DNA of 64,000 nt. It comes from Promethearchaeota archaeon. GTDB lineage: Archaea > Asgardarchaeota > Lokiarchaeia > Sigyniarchaeales > SOKP01. Location of the stretch: positions 34,917-98,916 of the forward strand of contig JAHPZI010000017.1 in NCBI GenBank assembly GCA_019058295.1, read 5' to 3'. Below the pieces are notes generated by a model that was not told the DNA's origin, did not search any database, and saw nothing but the letters and a program-made list of their open reading frames with translations. This document shows positions 49,730 to 60,035 of this stretch, piece after piece (positions within the stretch are counted from its first letter, which is position 1; each line of letters begins with the position of its first letter). The position numbers were made by a program, and so were the translations under genes.

Positions 49730-50167
49730 TTACTCTTTTCTACCATAGATTAAATATGCCAATATTAACGTTATAATTATTATTGCCGGATAAGCATAAC
49801 CAGTTGACGTTTCAAGCCAAAAATATGCTATTAAATTTCGCTGTGTAAAAATTCCAAAGAATAAAATATCCATTAGAAAATTCATTCCACAGATAATAGC
49901 ACCAAGAATAATAGCGTCTATCACCCATTTATCAGGAATAATAGGATTCTTTTGTTCCCATTTCCATAAGTAAAGTATCAGGACGACAATTGAAATAATT
50001 GTATTTACGATTAACATTGCAACATAGTATCCTATATTGGGATTTTCAATTGGTTGATTCGTAGCATAGTTATAAAACGCAGAGCCAACAATTATAAATG
50101 CCCAAAGCCAAGATGCAAAACCAAGAATAATTGCTAAAACTAACGATTTGATATTTATATCTGCCAT
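49730..50167 (-). CDS. Four-TM membrane protein
   Basis: Hydrophobic segments; GAGGT RBS. Confidence 0.75.
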   Translation of the reverse strand: MADINIKSLVLAIILGFASWLWAFIIVGSAFYNYATNQPIENPNIGYYVAMLIVNTIISIVVLILYLWKWEQKNPIIPDKWVIDAIILGAIICGMNFLMDILFFGIFTQRNLIAYFWLETSTGYAYPAIIIITLILAYLIYGRKE

Positions 50168-50331
50168 TACTAATTACCTCTTTTTTATGTAAATTTAATT
50201 TCAATTTTTAAATATTTTAAGGATATACAAATATTTTATGGATATATTTATTCTTTAAAGAGTCATCTAATTTATTAAATTATTCTCTTTCTTTTTCATT
50301 GTTTATTCTATTTGAAGTTGGTTATTTTTAA

Positions 50332-50520
50332 TTACTTTATTCGATCTAAAATTAGTGACCCTCCAACACCAACATTTTCAGGTTTATTTTCTCTAATTAA
50401 GACCACATAGACTTCTCTTGGAAGTTTATAGGCTTTTTCAAGTGCATCAGTAATCTCTTTTACGAGTGTTCTTTTTGTTTCTACATCAATTTCTGGACCA
50501 TCAATCATAACATTTGGCAT
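50332..50520 (-). CDS. 4-oxalocrotonate tautomerase family (DmpI-like)
   Basis: N-terminal Pro after Met; ENVGVGG motif; GGAGGT RBS. Confidence 0.9.
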   Translation of the reverse strand: MPNVMIDGPEIDVETKRTLVKEITDALEKAYKLPREVYVVLIRENKPENVGVGGSLILDRIK

Positions 50521-50604
50521 TATCACATACCTCCATATTTTTAATTATTATAAAGAAAAAGAATCTAAATAAATATATCTTCCTTTTGATATCAGTATTA
50601 TTTA

Positions 50605-50727
50605 ATGCATCATGACAGTGATAAGATTAAATTTAAATTAATTTTAATGGGTGCCACTGGAATAGACAAAACAAGCTTAATCGTATTATATCCTAATTTC
50701 TCACTTATTAAAATAAAAAAAAAGTAA
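50605..50727 (+). pseudogene. 5' remnant of a Rab/Ras-like small GTPase gene
   Basis: MHHDSDKIKFKLILMGATGIDKTSLIVLY resembles beta1 plus P-loop, with GKT changed to DKT; runs into poly-A and stops at 40 aa. Confidence 0.6.
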
Positions 50728-50760
50728 AAAAAAAATATAAATAAAAAATAAAAAAAACCG

Positions 50761-51519
50761 TTATTTTAGTATTACTTCGTCAATTATTTTACCGTCTCTC
50801 ATTTTGAGCAATCTATCTGCCAGACGCCCTACTGCTGGATCATGAGTTACCATTAATATGGTTTGATCAAGTTCCTTATTAAGATCATGGAGAAGATTAA
50901 TAATTTCCATTCCCATCTTAGTATCAAGTTCACCTGTTGGCTCATCGGCGATTAAAAGTGAAGGCTCGTTAGCAAGAGAGCGTGCAACTGCAACTCTTTG
51001 TTGCTCACCGCCAGAAAGTTCAGCAGGGAGATGATCCATTCGATCTTCCAGACCTACAAGCGTTAGGAATTTTGTTGCTCTTTCTCTTCTTAAATCTTCA
51101 GGTTGATCTGCGAAAACTAAAGGAAGTTCGACGTTTTCATAAGCTGTAAGAACCGGAACTAAATTATAAAATTGGAAGATAAATCCAAGATTTTTAAGTC
51201 TTAGATTCGTTTGCTCTTCATCATCCATATGTGCCACGTTAGTTCGATTTATGAATACTGCTCCACCAGTGGGATTATCAAGTGCACCAATCATATTAAG
51301 TAAAGTAGTTTTTCCGGATCCAGAAGGGCCCATTACAGATACAAATTCTCCTTTCCTAACTTTCAGACTTATTCCATCCAAGGCGTGAACTTCAACTTCA
51401 CCCATATGATAAACTTTAGTTAATTCAAAAACTTGGATCATTGCATCATCATCTGGAGTATATTTTCCCTCTTCTTCACTAATGATTTTTTTTCCAGTTT
51501 TTCTTTTTTTTGACTTCAT
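50761..51519 (-). CDS. ABC transporter ATP-binding protein (LolD/MacB-like)
   Basis: [17 protein letters not shown] and DEPTG motifs. Confidence 0.95.
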   Translation of the reverse strand: MKSKKRKTGKKIISEEEGKYTPDDDAMIQVFELTKVYHMGEVEVHALDGISLKVRKGEFVSVMGPSGSGKTTLLNMIGALDNPTGGAVFINRTNVAHMDDEEQTNLRLKNLGFIFQFYNLVPVLTAYENVELPLVFADQPEDLRRERATKFLTLVGLEDRMDHLPAELSGGEQQRVAVARSLANEPSLLIADEPTGELDTKMGMEIINLLHDLNKELDQTILMVTHDPAVGRLADRLLKMRDGKIIDEVILK

Positions 51520-51539
51520 TGTTTAATGCCTCCACATTT

Positions 51540-52460
51540 TTAATCATTCCAAATTTCTGATAATGGTTTTCCACCCTTTCTTTCTTCTGTGATTTCTCCA
51601 TCAGTAATAGTTATAATCCTATCCGCTACATCAGCTATTCTTACATTATGAGTGACCATAAGAATAGACTGACCCGCATTTTTTAGATTGAGAAAGATTT
51701 CTGCAATTTGAGTTGATGTTTCTGTATCAAGTTCACCTGTTGGTTCGTCAGCAAGTAATATTAAAGGATCATTTGCCATTGATCTTGCGACAGTTACTCG
51801 TTGTTGTTCTCCTCCTGATAGTTCAGTTGGTCTATGATAGATTCTTTCACCGAGACCTACGCTTTTAAGAAGTCTTTCAACTTTTTCTTTAACATTTTCT
51901 TTAGATTCCCCTCCAAGAAGCAATGGAAGCTCAACATTCTCATATGCAGTAAGAATTGGGAAGAGATTATAGAATTGAAATATTAATCCAATTTGATGCA
52001 ATCGCATTTCTTTGTGTTCTTTACTATTCATTTTAGTAATATCGCTTCCAGTTCCTTTACCATCAATATTATATATTATTTGTCCTGAATCTGGAAAATC
52101 GAGGGCTCCAAGGCAATTTATCAATGTCGTTTTACCTGATCCAGATGGACCTACTATAGCAACTAATTCTCCTTTCTTAATCTGTAGATTTATATTTTTA
52201 AGTGCTGTGACATGGTAATCTCCGAGTGGATAGATTTTATTGAGATTTCTCACTTCAAGAACTAAATTAGGATCCATTTTTTCTGTTGCTTTACTAAAGA
52301 TTATTTCAGAAGATTTTGAGATTTTTCTAGAAGCCTTTTTAGAAATTTTTTCAGAAGGTTTTGAGATTTCTTTCTCTCCATTTTCTCCCTCATCAAGTAC
52401 ATGAGAAAGAACTTCATAGGCTCTCTTTTTATTATTTATAGACAAATCCTTTTCATCCAT
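51540..52460 (-). CDS. ABC transporter ATP-binding protein with N-terminal low-complexity extension
   Basis: [17 protein letters not shown] and DEPTG motifs. Confidence 0.95.
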   Translation of the reverse strand: MDEKDLSINNKKRAYEVLSHVLDEGENGEKEISKPSEKISKKASRKISKSSEIIFSKATEKMDPNLVLEVRNLNKIYPLGDYHVTALKNINLQIKKGELVAIVGPSGSGKTTLINCLGALDFPDSGQIIYNIDGKGTGSDITKMNSKEHKEMRLHQIGLIFQFYNLFPILTAYENVELPLLLGGESKENVKEKVERLLKSVGLGERIYHRPTELSGGEQQRVTVARSMANDPLILLADEPTGELDTETSTQIAEIFLNLKNAGQSILMVTHNVRIADVADRIITITDGEITEERKGGKPLSEIWND

Positions 52461-52469
52461 TTATATCAC

Positions 52470-55400
52470 CTATCTTGTTCTTACGGCGTCAATTATATTG
52501 ATATTTGCTGCCCATTTTGAAGGATATCTTGAACTAACAATTGCAGTAACCACTGTTGTAAGTATCAATAAGCTAATTACAAGCCATGGAATGACAAGAG
52601 TAACCGTAAGAAATCCCGTGTCTGGAATAGATGAGACCATAAGAAATCCAGTAAACAATCCAGCAATTATTCCCACTATTGTTCCTAAAAATGCCACGAC
52701 TAATGTTTCTCCAGAAATTGTTCTTACGACTCCTTTTTTATTTAACCCAATTGATCTAAGCATTCCGATTTCTCTTCGACGAGCCATTGTCGTAAGAAGG
52801 CAATGAAGGGCTAGTCCAATCATAGCAATTATAATAGCAAATACCAATATTCCGTTCATAATCAAACTAATCAGATCTACCATGCTTTCGAAAATTGATG
52901 TGATATAGGAATTTGTGAAAGCAAACAATACGATATAGCCATGATCTTCCATATATTCCGTTATCTCTTCTAAAATTTTTTCATCATCCTCACCTTCTTC
53001 AACCCAGATATACCAACTAAAGACATTTAATCTAAATGCTAATGAATCAATAGGAATCGAAGGTGATCCTGTTTTAAGATCAAGGATAGTCCAGTTTGAA
53101 CCTAAAGCCTCTAATCGGGTCCACAATAGAGATGCAGTTTTCGCAATATCATCAACAGATTTACAATGTATAAAGACATGAGTAATTTTGTCGTATGTTC
53201 CATTATTTCTAGTTCCGTTATAGTCGATATACACTTGATTTCTCGCTTTTTCATAATTAATATAAATAGCATTTTGAGTTTCCGCTATATCAGCACCTAC
53301 TTCATAACCTGCGATCCAATTCAATCTTTCTGTACGGTACAATAAGGGATCTGCAATTATCCCTATAACTGTATAATTAGGCCATTTATCAGGCTCTAGA
53401 GTATAGGTGGATTGATTTACTAGAAAATTCAAGGAATCAATATTTATGCTAAAATCATTATTATAAGTAGAATTATATCCGGTTATTCTTAATGTGAGAT
53501 TACTCGTTAAAGATGATATGTCTGGTAGGGGAAAATAAGTGAATGGTGGGAAATATTGATTAAAATATAACGTATGGTTTTTTTCAGTTCTACTATTAAT
53601 ATCTCCTAGTTTTTCAAAGCTTTTTGTGAAATAGTTATATACTTCTAGCTCTAGATTTTCAATTGAGGAATTAACCGAAGATTCTATAGTAACGCCATAA
53701 GGAATCATAAATTTCAGATATTTTATAATGAAGTCAAACAGATTAACTGTAATATTGAAGTTTAATGAATTTTTATTACTCTTAAATGTCATATTCACAT
53801 TATCTGAGAATGTAAAATTTGCTACGCTACCATCTATAATTGTTCCATCTTTAAGCAAAACAGTAGTATTAAGTTCTCCTGTGTTTATAAAAGTAGGACT
53901 TGGTTCAAATTCTTGCGGAAATATCGCAATTGTTGAATTTATTCCAAAAGATTCATCATAATTCTCCCTATAATAATCTCGATATGTTTTATCAACTACA
54001 CACACATCATCAAAATTATTAAGTAATTGTTCCATTGTATCGCCGGGATACGCATTTGATTGATTTATTAATAGGTGTTCGCCAAAATAGCTATCGTCTT
54101 TTAAATTTCCAATAGAATTTGTTCTGATACCAACAACAGATGAATTAAAGTTAATAGCAGGGTCGAAAATATTTATTGGAACGTCTAAATCATATGAAGG
54201 GCCGATATAATCCATGCGCGTCGTATAATAATCAATTTCACTAATATCATCTAAAATCGGATAAACATCAGAAAAATTGTACCAATTAGGCAAATATAAA
54301 TCTATGTCATCATATCCTGATTCTGGTTTTTGTCTGAATATAATATCTGTATTTCCACCAGGTAGATTCTTACGTGCAATCTGTTCATATGTGTCCCATG
54401 AAATAAATATGTTATATGCGCCTTCTTCTTGACCTATTATTTCTCCTGTAGCAAACCCTTGAAATTTTTCGACAATTGCTATTACTTTCATTCTCTCTTC
54501 ATAAGTGACCTCTTGAGCAGAATCCGTATCATATGCTTGCATTGCATTAAAAGATGGAAAAATGATTCCAAGTGAAAATGATACGTTTATCTTGTCGTCT
54601 ACTTCTAAATCAAAGTAGTCTGCTTCATTCTCAGTAATAATCATGGTATTTTCGTCTTCTATCTCATCCATCATCTCTTTAAGCGTCATATCACTTGGCT
54701 CGAGTACTTCTGTTTCCTTCATATGTTCTTCAACTTTGTCGGGATCTAATACGTGTACTGTAACAGATTTATCCCAATCCTTTTCTAATTGCCCATGTCC
54801 AATCCATTTATTCCTATCTTCATCAAATATAAGTGCATTTCTAAAAGTCACTCCCATTACATCATCAATTCCATCTATATCCTCAAGTTCATCTTCAAAC
54901 GAACGAGGTGTATTTTGGGCAAATACTCGAATATCACACCCCATTACGTTATTGACAGTAGTGTGTACTCCTTCTCTAACTGAACCCATTATTACGCTAA
55001 TACTAACAAGATAACTTACTGTTATAGCAATCATTGTATATGTAAGCACTGTTCTTTTACGATGTCTCAAAACATTTTTTCTTGTGAGCAATTTCGTTTG
55101 TTTTAAATATGGACCAAATATTTTAATAAATCCCTTAGTAATAGGAGCAACAAAAATAGCCGAGAGCCCAATTATACCAAATAAAATAAGCGTAGGAGCA
55201 ATTATCGATGCTGTTGATTCAGACAATCCTTCATCACCGCCATTAACATGTCGTCTAGGACCAGCACTAGCTCCAACTACTGTGTATAAAAGCCAAGAAC
55301 CATAAACAATTAACGAGATGGCTAGAATTATATACAAAATCTTTTGTTTATGATGCTTTTTCTCCCTTTCGGCTTTATGTGCAAGAGGATTTAGGCACTC

Positions 55401-56735
55401 AATAAGAGGTTTTCGACTTGCTTTCCAGCTAGGATAAATAGCAGCTAAAATGCATGAAAGTACACCAACACCAAAAATCATTGCTAGGGTTTGTGGGTAT
55501 AAAATAATCTCAAACTCCATGTCAGCAAACATTTCACCAACTTGACCCGGCATACCCTTAAGAGATTCTACTGTTATATAAAAAATAAAATATGACATGA
55601 AAAATGAGCAAATTGTTCCTATTATTGCTCCTATAACTCCCATTATAACTCCTTGCGTCAAAAACAACTTGAAAGTTTCTGATTTTGACGCTCCAACTGC
55701 TTGGAGCATTCCAGTCTCATACTCTTGCTCTTCTTTTATTATATTAAAAATATTTAAGATAAGAATAATCGAGAGAATAAGAGCTATAACACCAAACATT
55801 AATAATATCGTCATCATCATGTCAACAGTATCGTTAATCTGATCAACTGTATCAGTTTTTAAGTCTGCTACGCTCCATTTATCTTTACCAAGTTCATCCT
55901 TAATATCATCAGTTACATCTGCAGCGTTATTAACATCATCTATGCCAACAGCTACTAGATTATATTCACCATCATGACTAACAGCTCCATCTACAAGTTC
56001 ATGAGCAGTCTCGATATCTGCAAACAAACAAGGCCCTGATGATGGACTATCATATGATGAAGGTGTTTCAGGATCAAAATCACGTGCCTCACCAAGATCT
56101 CGTATGATTGCTACAACTCTATATTTAGGCCATAAATCAGTATTTGCCGATACTACATCTTGATCCATCCCTATTTTTAAATGATAATCTATAGGCAATA
56201 CCATTACTTCATCACCTGCATCAAAATCCTTACCTAACTTTATTTTTAAAGATTCTGTTATTACAATATCATTTCTCCCATGATCAAGCAATTCTTCAAT
56301 TGTATCTCCATTCACCTCAGATTCTATTATGTAAGGTCTGCTTCCAAGTTCATCCTCATCGCTTGAATCGATGTCAATCCCGTATACCGCAGTTCTCGTA
56401 CTATCCTCAAGCTGATTTCCTCCTGGAACCCAACTAGTATATACTGAAAAACCTGCAATTCTATATGAAACATATTCGACATGTGGTAAATCTTCAATAT
56501 CTTCAACATCTCTCGGTCTAAACCACTCATCTTGAGTTGCACTTTTACGAACAAGAACATCTGCTGTCCCCATGCGATTATCAATGTCCTTAACAAACAT
56601 AACCTTAAATGAATCTCTGGCTATCAAGATGCCACCAAAAAGCGCAACACCTATTATGAGTGTAATCGTAGTAAGAATATATCTTGCTTTACGCCTCCTC
56701 ATATTTCTTACAGCAAGCTTAAATATTATTCCCAC
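52470..56735 (-). CDS. Very large FtsX/MacB-type ABC permease (1421 aa)
   Basis: ETGMLQAVGA and RRREIGMLRSIG FtsX motifs; expanded extracellular region. Confidence 0.9.
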   Translation of the reverse strand: MGIIFKLAVRNMRRRKARYILTTITLIIGVALFGGILIARDSFKVMFVKDIDNRMGTADVLVRKSATQDEWFRPRDVEDIEDLPHVEYVSYRIAGFSVYTSWVPGGNQLEDSTRTAVYGIDIDSSDEDELGSRPYIIESEVNGDTIEELLDHGRNDIVITESLKIKLGKDFDAGDEVMVLPIDYHLKIGMDQDVVSANTDLWPKYRVVAIIRDLGEARDFDPETPSSYDSPSSGPCLFADIETAHELVDGAVSHDGEYNLVAVGIDDVNNAADVTDDIKDELGKDKWSVADLKTDTVDQINDTVDMMMTILLMFGVIALILSIILILNIFNIIKEEQEYETGMLQAVGASKSETFKLFLTQGVIMGVIGAIIGTICSFFMSYFIFYITVESLKGMPGQVGEMFADMEFEIILYPQTLAMIFGVGVLSCILAAIYPSWKASRKPLIECLNPLAHKAEREKKHHKQKILYIILAISLIVYGSWLLYTVVGASAGPRRHVNGGDEGLSESTASIIAPTLILFGIIGLSAIFVAPITKGFIKIFGPYLKQTKLLTRKNVLRHRKRTVLTYTMIAITVSYLVSISVIMGSVREGVHTTVNNVMGCDIRVFAQNTPRSFEDELEDIDGIDDVMGVTFRNALIFDEDRNKWIGHGQLEKDWDKSVTVHVLDPDKVEEHMKETEVLEPSDMTLKEMMDEIEDENTMIITENEADYFDLEVDDKINVSFSLGIIFPSFNAMQAYDTDSAQEVTYEERMKVIAIVEKFQGFATGEIIGQEEGAYNIFISWDTYEQIARKNLPGGNTDIIFRQKPESGYDDIDLYLPNWYNFSDVYPILDDISEIDYYTTRMDYIGPSYDLDVPINIFDPAINFNSSVVGIRTNSIGNLKDDSYFGEHLLINQSNAYPGDTMEQLLNNFDDVCVVDKTYRDYYRENYDESFGINSTIAIFPQEFEPSPTFINTGELNTTVLLKDGTIIDGSVANFTFSDNVNMTFKSNKNSLNFNITVNLFDFIIKYLKFMIPYGVTIESSVNSSIENLELEVYNYFTKSFEKLGDINSRTEKNHTLYFNQYFPPFTYFPLPDISSLTSNLTLRITGYNSTYNNDFSINIDSLNFLVNQSTYTLEPDKWPNYTVIGIIADPLLYRTERLNWIAGYEVGADIAETQNAIYINYEKARNQVYIDYNGTRNNGTYDKITHVFIHCKSVDDIAKTASLLWTRLEALGSNWTILDLKTGSPSIPIDSLAFRLNVFSWYIWVEEGEDDEKILEEITEYMEDHGYIVLFAFTNSYITSIFESMVDLISLIMNGILVFAIIIAMIGLALHCLLTTMARRREIGMLRSIGLNKKGVVRTISGETLVVAFLGTIVGIIAGLFTGFLMVSSIPDTGFLTVTLVIPWLVISLLILTTVVTAIVSSRYPSKWAANINIIDAVRTR

Positions 56736-56737
56736 TT

Positions 56738-57382
56738 TTATTTCCCTCCGGTATTATTGATGATTAACGATTTATTTGATGAATGTTCAATGTCACCTGT
56801 TCTTTGTTTTTTCTCTAGTTTTATTAAAATATCATCAATCGCTCTAAGATTTTTTTGCATTACTTTAATTCGTTCCTCAAGTAATTTTTTGTGATATTCC
56901 AATATTTCCACTTTAGATTCTGGAGATTGTGCCCCAATTAATTCCATCTGAGGAAGAGAAATTAATCTCTCTATATCTTCTAAAAATGACGGTTCAGTCT
57001 CATCGGTCATATCAAGAGTTGATAAGATAATTGATTTAATGGATTCTGTCATAATTTGATGCTTTTGAATTATCATCTTTAACGTTTCTTTTCCTTTGGA
57101 GGTTATCTCGTATATCTTCTTTTGACGACCGGAATCATCTACTTCAATACAATCTATTAAACCTTTTTCGCTTAATGATTTTAGCAAAGGATAAAGAGTT
57201 GACACAGTTGGTTGGAATACGCCCACAGTTAGTTCATCGATTTCTTCGGCAATTTTGTATCCGTGACCTGTTTCTTTTTCTAAAACAAATAAGATTAGTC
57301 CACTAACGAAACCCTTTTTCATCGCATTATCAAAGGAATCAACTATATTTTCAATTTTATTAATATCGTTGTTTTGTGTCAT
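56738..57382 (-). CDS. PadR-family regulator heading the ABC operon
   Basis: HGYKI, TLYPLL and KKIYEITSKG motifs. Confidence 0.92.
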   Translation of the reverse strand: MTQNNDINKIENIVDSFDNAMKKGFVSGLILFVLEKETGHGYKIAEEIDELTVGVFQPTVSTLYPLLKSLSEKGLIDCIEVDDSGRQKKIYEITSKGKETLKMIIQKHQIMTESIKSIILSTLDMTDETEPSFLEDIERLISLPQMELIGAQSPESKVEILEYHKKLLEERIKVMQKNLRAIDDILIKLEKKQRTGDIEHSSNKSLIINNTGGK

Positions 57383-57604
57383 TTTTTTAGTTAAATTTTT
57401 TTGTAAATAAAATGTTAAATTGGAAAATTTATGGTAGTATATAAAATATATTGTTATAAAATATATGGTCTTCTCCTCATAGAAGGCAAGATTTTAAGGG
57501 TTGAATGCAAAATACAATATAAATGCATTTGTTATCATTCCTATTCTTGCTATAATTAAAAAAAAAGAGAAGTTAAAATTTGAAAGATTTTAGATATTTT
57601 TTAA

Positions 57605-57928
57605 CTAATCGGGCATTTTCATTCCTATCGATTCCAAAGCTTCTTCGATTGACGCGTAAGTTATTATTGAGTATTCAAATCCCTCAATGGGCTGGAACAA
57701 AACTAAAGAATTCATTGAACGGCCCAGAGCTTCTCCAAGATCCTCATTTGTTACTTTCGTAATAGTAATGGTTTCTAAACCATCTTTAGTTGCTCTGGTT
57801 ACAGCGTCTACGACAATTTCTCCTGGACCTTCACCCGGCGGAAATTTTTTCCTCGATTCAAAGTACTTTTTTACGACCTCTGGTACCTTATGAGTCGGAT
57901 AATAACCAGTTACAAAAATATATGGCAT
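57605..57928 (-). CDS. Hypothetical protein
   Basis: ATG after AGGTGA RBS; ORF track extends to a GTG at 57937. Confidence 0.7.
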   Translation of the reverse strand: MPYIFVTGYYPTHKVPEVVKKYFESRKKFPPGEGPGEIVVDAVTRATKDGLETITITKVTNEDLGEALGRSMNSLVLFQPIEGFEYSIITYASIEEALESIGMKMPD

Positions 57929-58121
57929 ACTTTTCACCTTTAAATAATTTTTTTCATTAAAATTAGATTTCTGTGCAATTGATACTTAAAATCTGAAAAT
58001 ATTTAAATGTTTACATTTTTATCAAATTTTTTTTGGTTTCATAAAATATTCACCAAGGACACCTAATTGAATGGTAAAAAAAAAGAATAGTTATATTTAC
58101 CAAGTTAAAAAAAAAAAGAAT

Positions 58122-58391
58122 TTATTTTTTTGCTAGACCTGGAGGTACATGAGCTGCATGAATTAGAACTACAATTAACCCAACAATCACACAAATTATA
58201 CCTAGAATTAATCCTATTACGCAAAAAATGTTTTTTCTCTCACCGCTAAATCCACGCATGCCTATTAATGCCAAGATTATCGCAATTACTCCTAATACTA
58301 TACCTGTTAAACCTGCAAAGATCAATCCTATTATTGCTAAAATTATAGCCACTATTCCAAGTACATCTGAGACTGTAAAACTCCTTGCCAT
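58122..58391 (-). CDS. Small membrane protein (DUF4190-like)
   Basis: LGIVAI..GVIAIILALIG..GLILGII hydrophobic pattern. Confidence 0.7.
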   Translation of the reverse strand: MARSFTVSDVLGIVAIILAIIGLIFAGLTGIVLGVIAIILALIGMRGFSGERKNIFCVIGLILGIICVIVGLIVVLIHAAHVPPGLAKK

Positions 58392-58553
58392 TATAAAAAC
58401 CTATTTTTTAAATTAGAAACGAATTATTATAACAATGATCGAAACCTAATATAAATGTTTTCTATTTGGTTTAAATTAAATATTTTTACAATATTGTTGA
58501 GAAGATCTTATCTAATTATTACCATAGTGCGCATAATTAATCTTTTTAATAAC

Positions 58554-58892
58554 TTAGTGTTTATGATGTTTAGTATGCCCTCCTGCTATGATAAAATAAC
58601 TTCTTTCTTCAGATAAATTTCTCAGAAACACTTTTAATCCATCCGGTATAAAAAATACTTCACCTTCGTTCAAAGTGATCTCTTTATCTTTTGTATTAAC
58701 TTGAATCTGACCGCTCATCAAATATAAAAGTTCCTCGTGTCCTTTTCCAGGTCCCACTTTTCTATTTAATTCTTCAGGTTCTAAAAAACAAAGTCCTAAA
58801 TAAACATCTTTTATTTCACGATTAATTTTTGCGCCATAAAAGAACTCTTTTTTGGGCGAATCGTGACATTTTTCTCTCAAATTAAATATCAT
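58554..58892 (-). CDS. Cupin-domain protein
   Basis: HEELLYLMSG and GEVFFIP motifs. Confidence 0.8.
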   Translation of the reverse strand: MIFNLREKCHDSPKKEFFYGAKINREIKDVYLGLCFLEPEELNRKVGPGKGHEELLYLMSGQIQVNTKDKEITLNEGEVFFIPDGLKVFLRNLSEERSYFIIAGGHTKHHKH

Positions 58893-58935
58893 ACTGATTT
58901 ATCCGCCTTATTTTTAATTTTAAATATTAATAAAT

Positions 58936-60015
58936 CTATAGTTTTTCAAAGACTTCCTCGCAAATCAAATCGATTGGTTCAAAGATTTTTAAATTGCCCT
59001 TCCACTCTGATAATACGCTTGCATAAACAGCTTCAATTCGAGATACAAAGTTTTTTAATAATTCTTTTAAAGAGCTTAATTCCTGGGTACAAAAAATTAT
59101 TCCAATAATATGTGTGCTTGGATAAATTATAATTGAATAATTCTGCTTTTTTATAACCGAAAGTCCCCTATCATATGTTAGGGATTCAAGAATCATCTCA
59201 ATTCCTGTCAGTCCAGCTATTTTTAAAGATTGCTCTAAATTTTTTTCTTCCTCTTGAAAATTTTTGGAATAGAAACATAGCCCAGAGTTTTTTACTAAAA
59301 AAACGCTTTTAATCTTGTCATACCAGTCGTATTCTGAGAGTGGAGGAAGCGAAGTATAGAGAAAATATATGATAAAAAGGGATATAATTTGAATTATATC
59401 TCCCCATAATCTAGATTCTAATCCAAAATTTTGCGCTACAACATCTGTTGTAAGCATATATCCTATACCTAATGATACAAATCCAGAAATTAATTTTATG
59501 AAATTCACTATTCCTCCTCCTTTTAGTGACGATTTTTTTGCTAATTTCATTATATAACTTATGAAAAAGGGTACAAAAATAAAAGTAGTGAGATATGATA
59601 AATTTTGAGCATATTTAATGTCTATAATTGTAAATACTATAAAAATTGCAAAAGTGATTAAAAAAAGCAATGAGAATAAATATTTTTTGAAAAAAATATT
59701 ATGCTTTTCAATCACCACGATGAATATGAATGCTCCAATCATCAAAGTAAAATAACCAATTATTAAAAATATCGTTCTCATTTCAGAACTCTGAGCATAA
59801 AAATCACTCATTATAAACCAGAACCATTGAAGGCCATAAGTAAAAAATAAAATACTATAACTCAATTCTTCTGAATTCTTAGTATTTTTGAGAGATTCTT
59901 TATATTTAATAAGAAATATAAAAGCTAGTTCAAATGATAAGAATATAAAACTCCATTCCATAACCAATAAATGCCTTCTTAATGGGCCAGTTATAGGATA
60001 TTCAATAAAAATCAC
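58936..60015 (-). CDS. 7TM membrane protein fused to C-terminal longin-like domain
   Basis: Seven hydrophobic segments, then VFLVKNSGLCFY...WKGNLKIF resembling the 39219-39629 protein. Confidence 0.72.
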   Translation of the reverse strand: MIFIEYPITGPLRRHLLVMEWSFIFLSFELAFIFLIKYKESLKNTKNSEELSYSILFFTYGLQWFWFIMSDFYAQSSEMRTIFLIIGYFTLMIGAFIFIVVIEKHNIFFKKYLFSLLFLITFAIFIVFTIIDIKYAQNLSYLTTFIFVPFFISYIMKLAKKSSLKGGGIVNFIKLISGFVSLGIGYMLTTDVVAQNFGLESRLWGDIIQIISLFIIYFLYTSLPPLSEYDWYDKIKSVFLVKNSGLCFYSKNFQEEEKNLEQSLKIAGLTGIEMILESLTYDRGLSVIKKQNYSIIIYPSTHIIGIIFCTQELSSLKELLKNFVSRIEAVYASVLSEWKGNLKIFEPIDLICEEVFEKL

Positions 60016-60035
60016 TAATCCTTATCCTCCACTTT

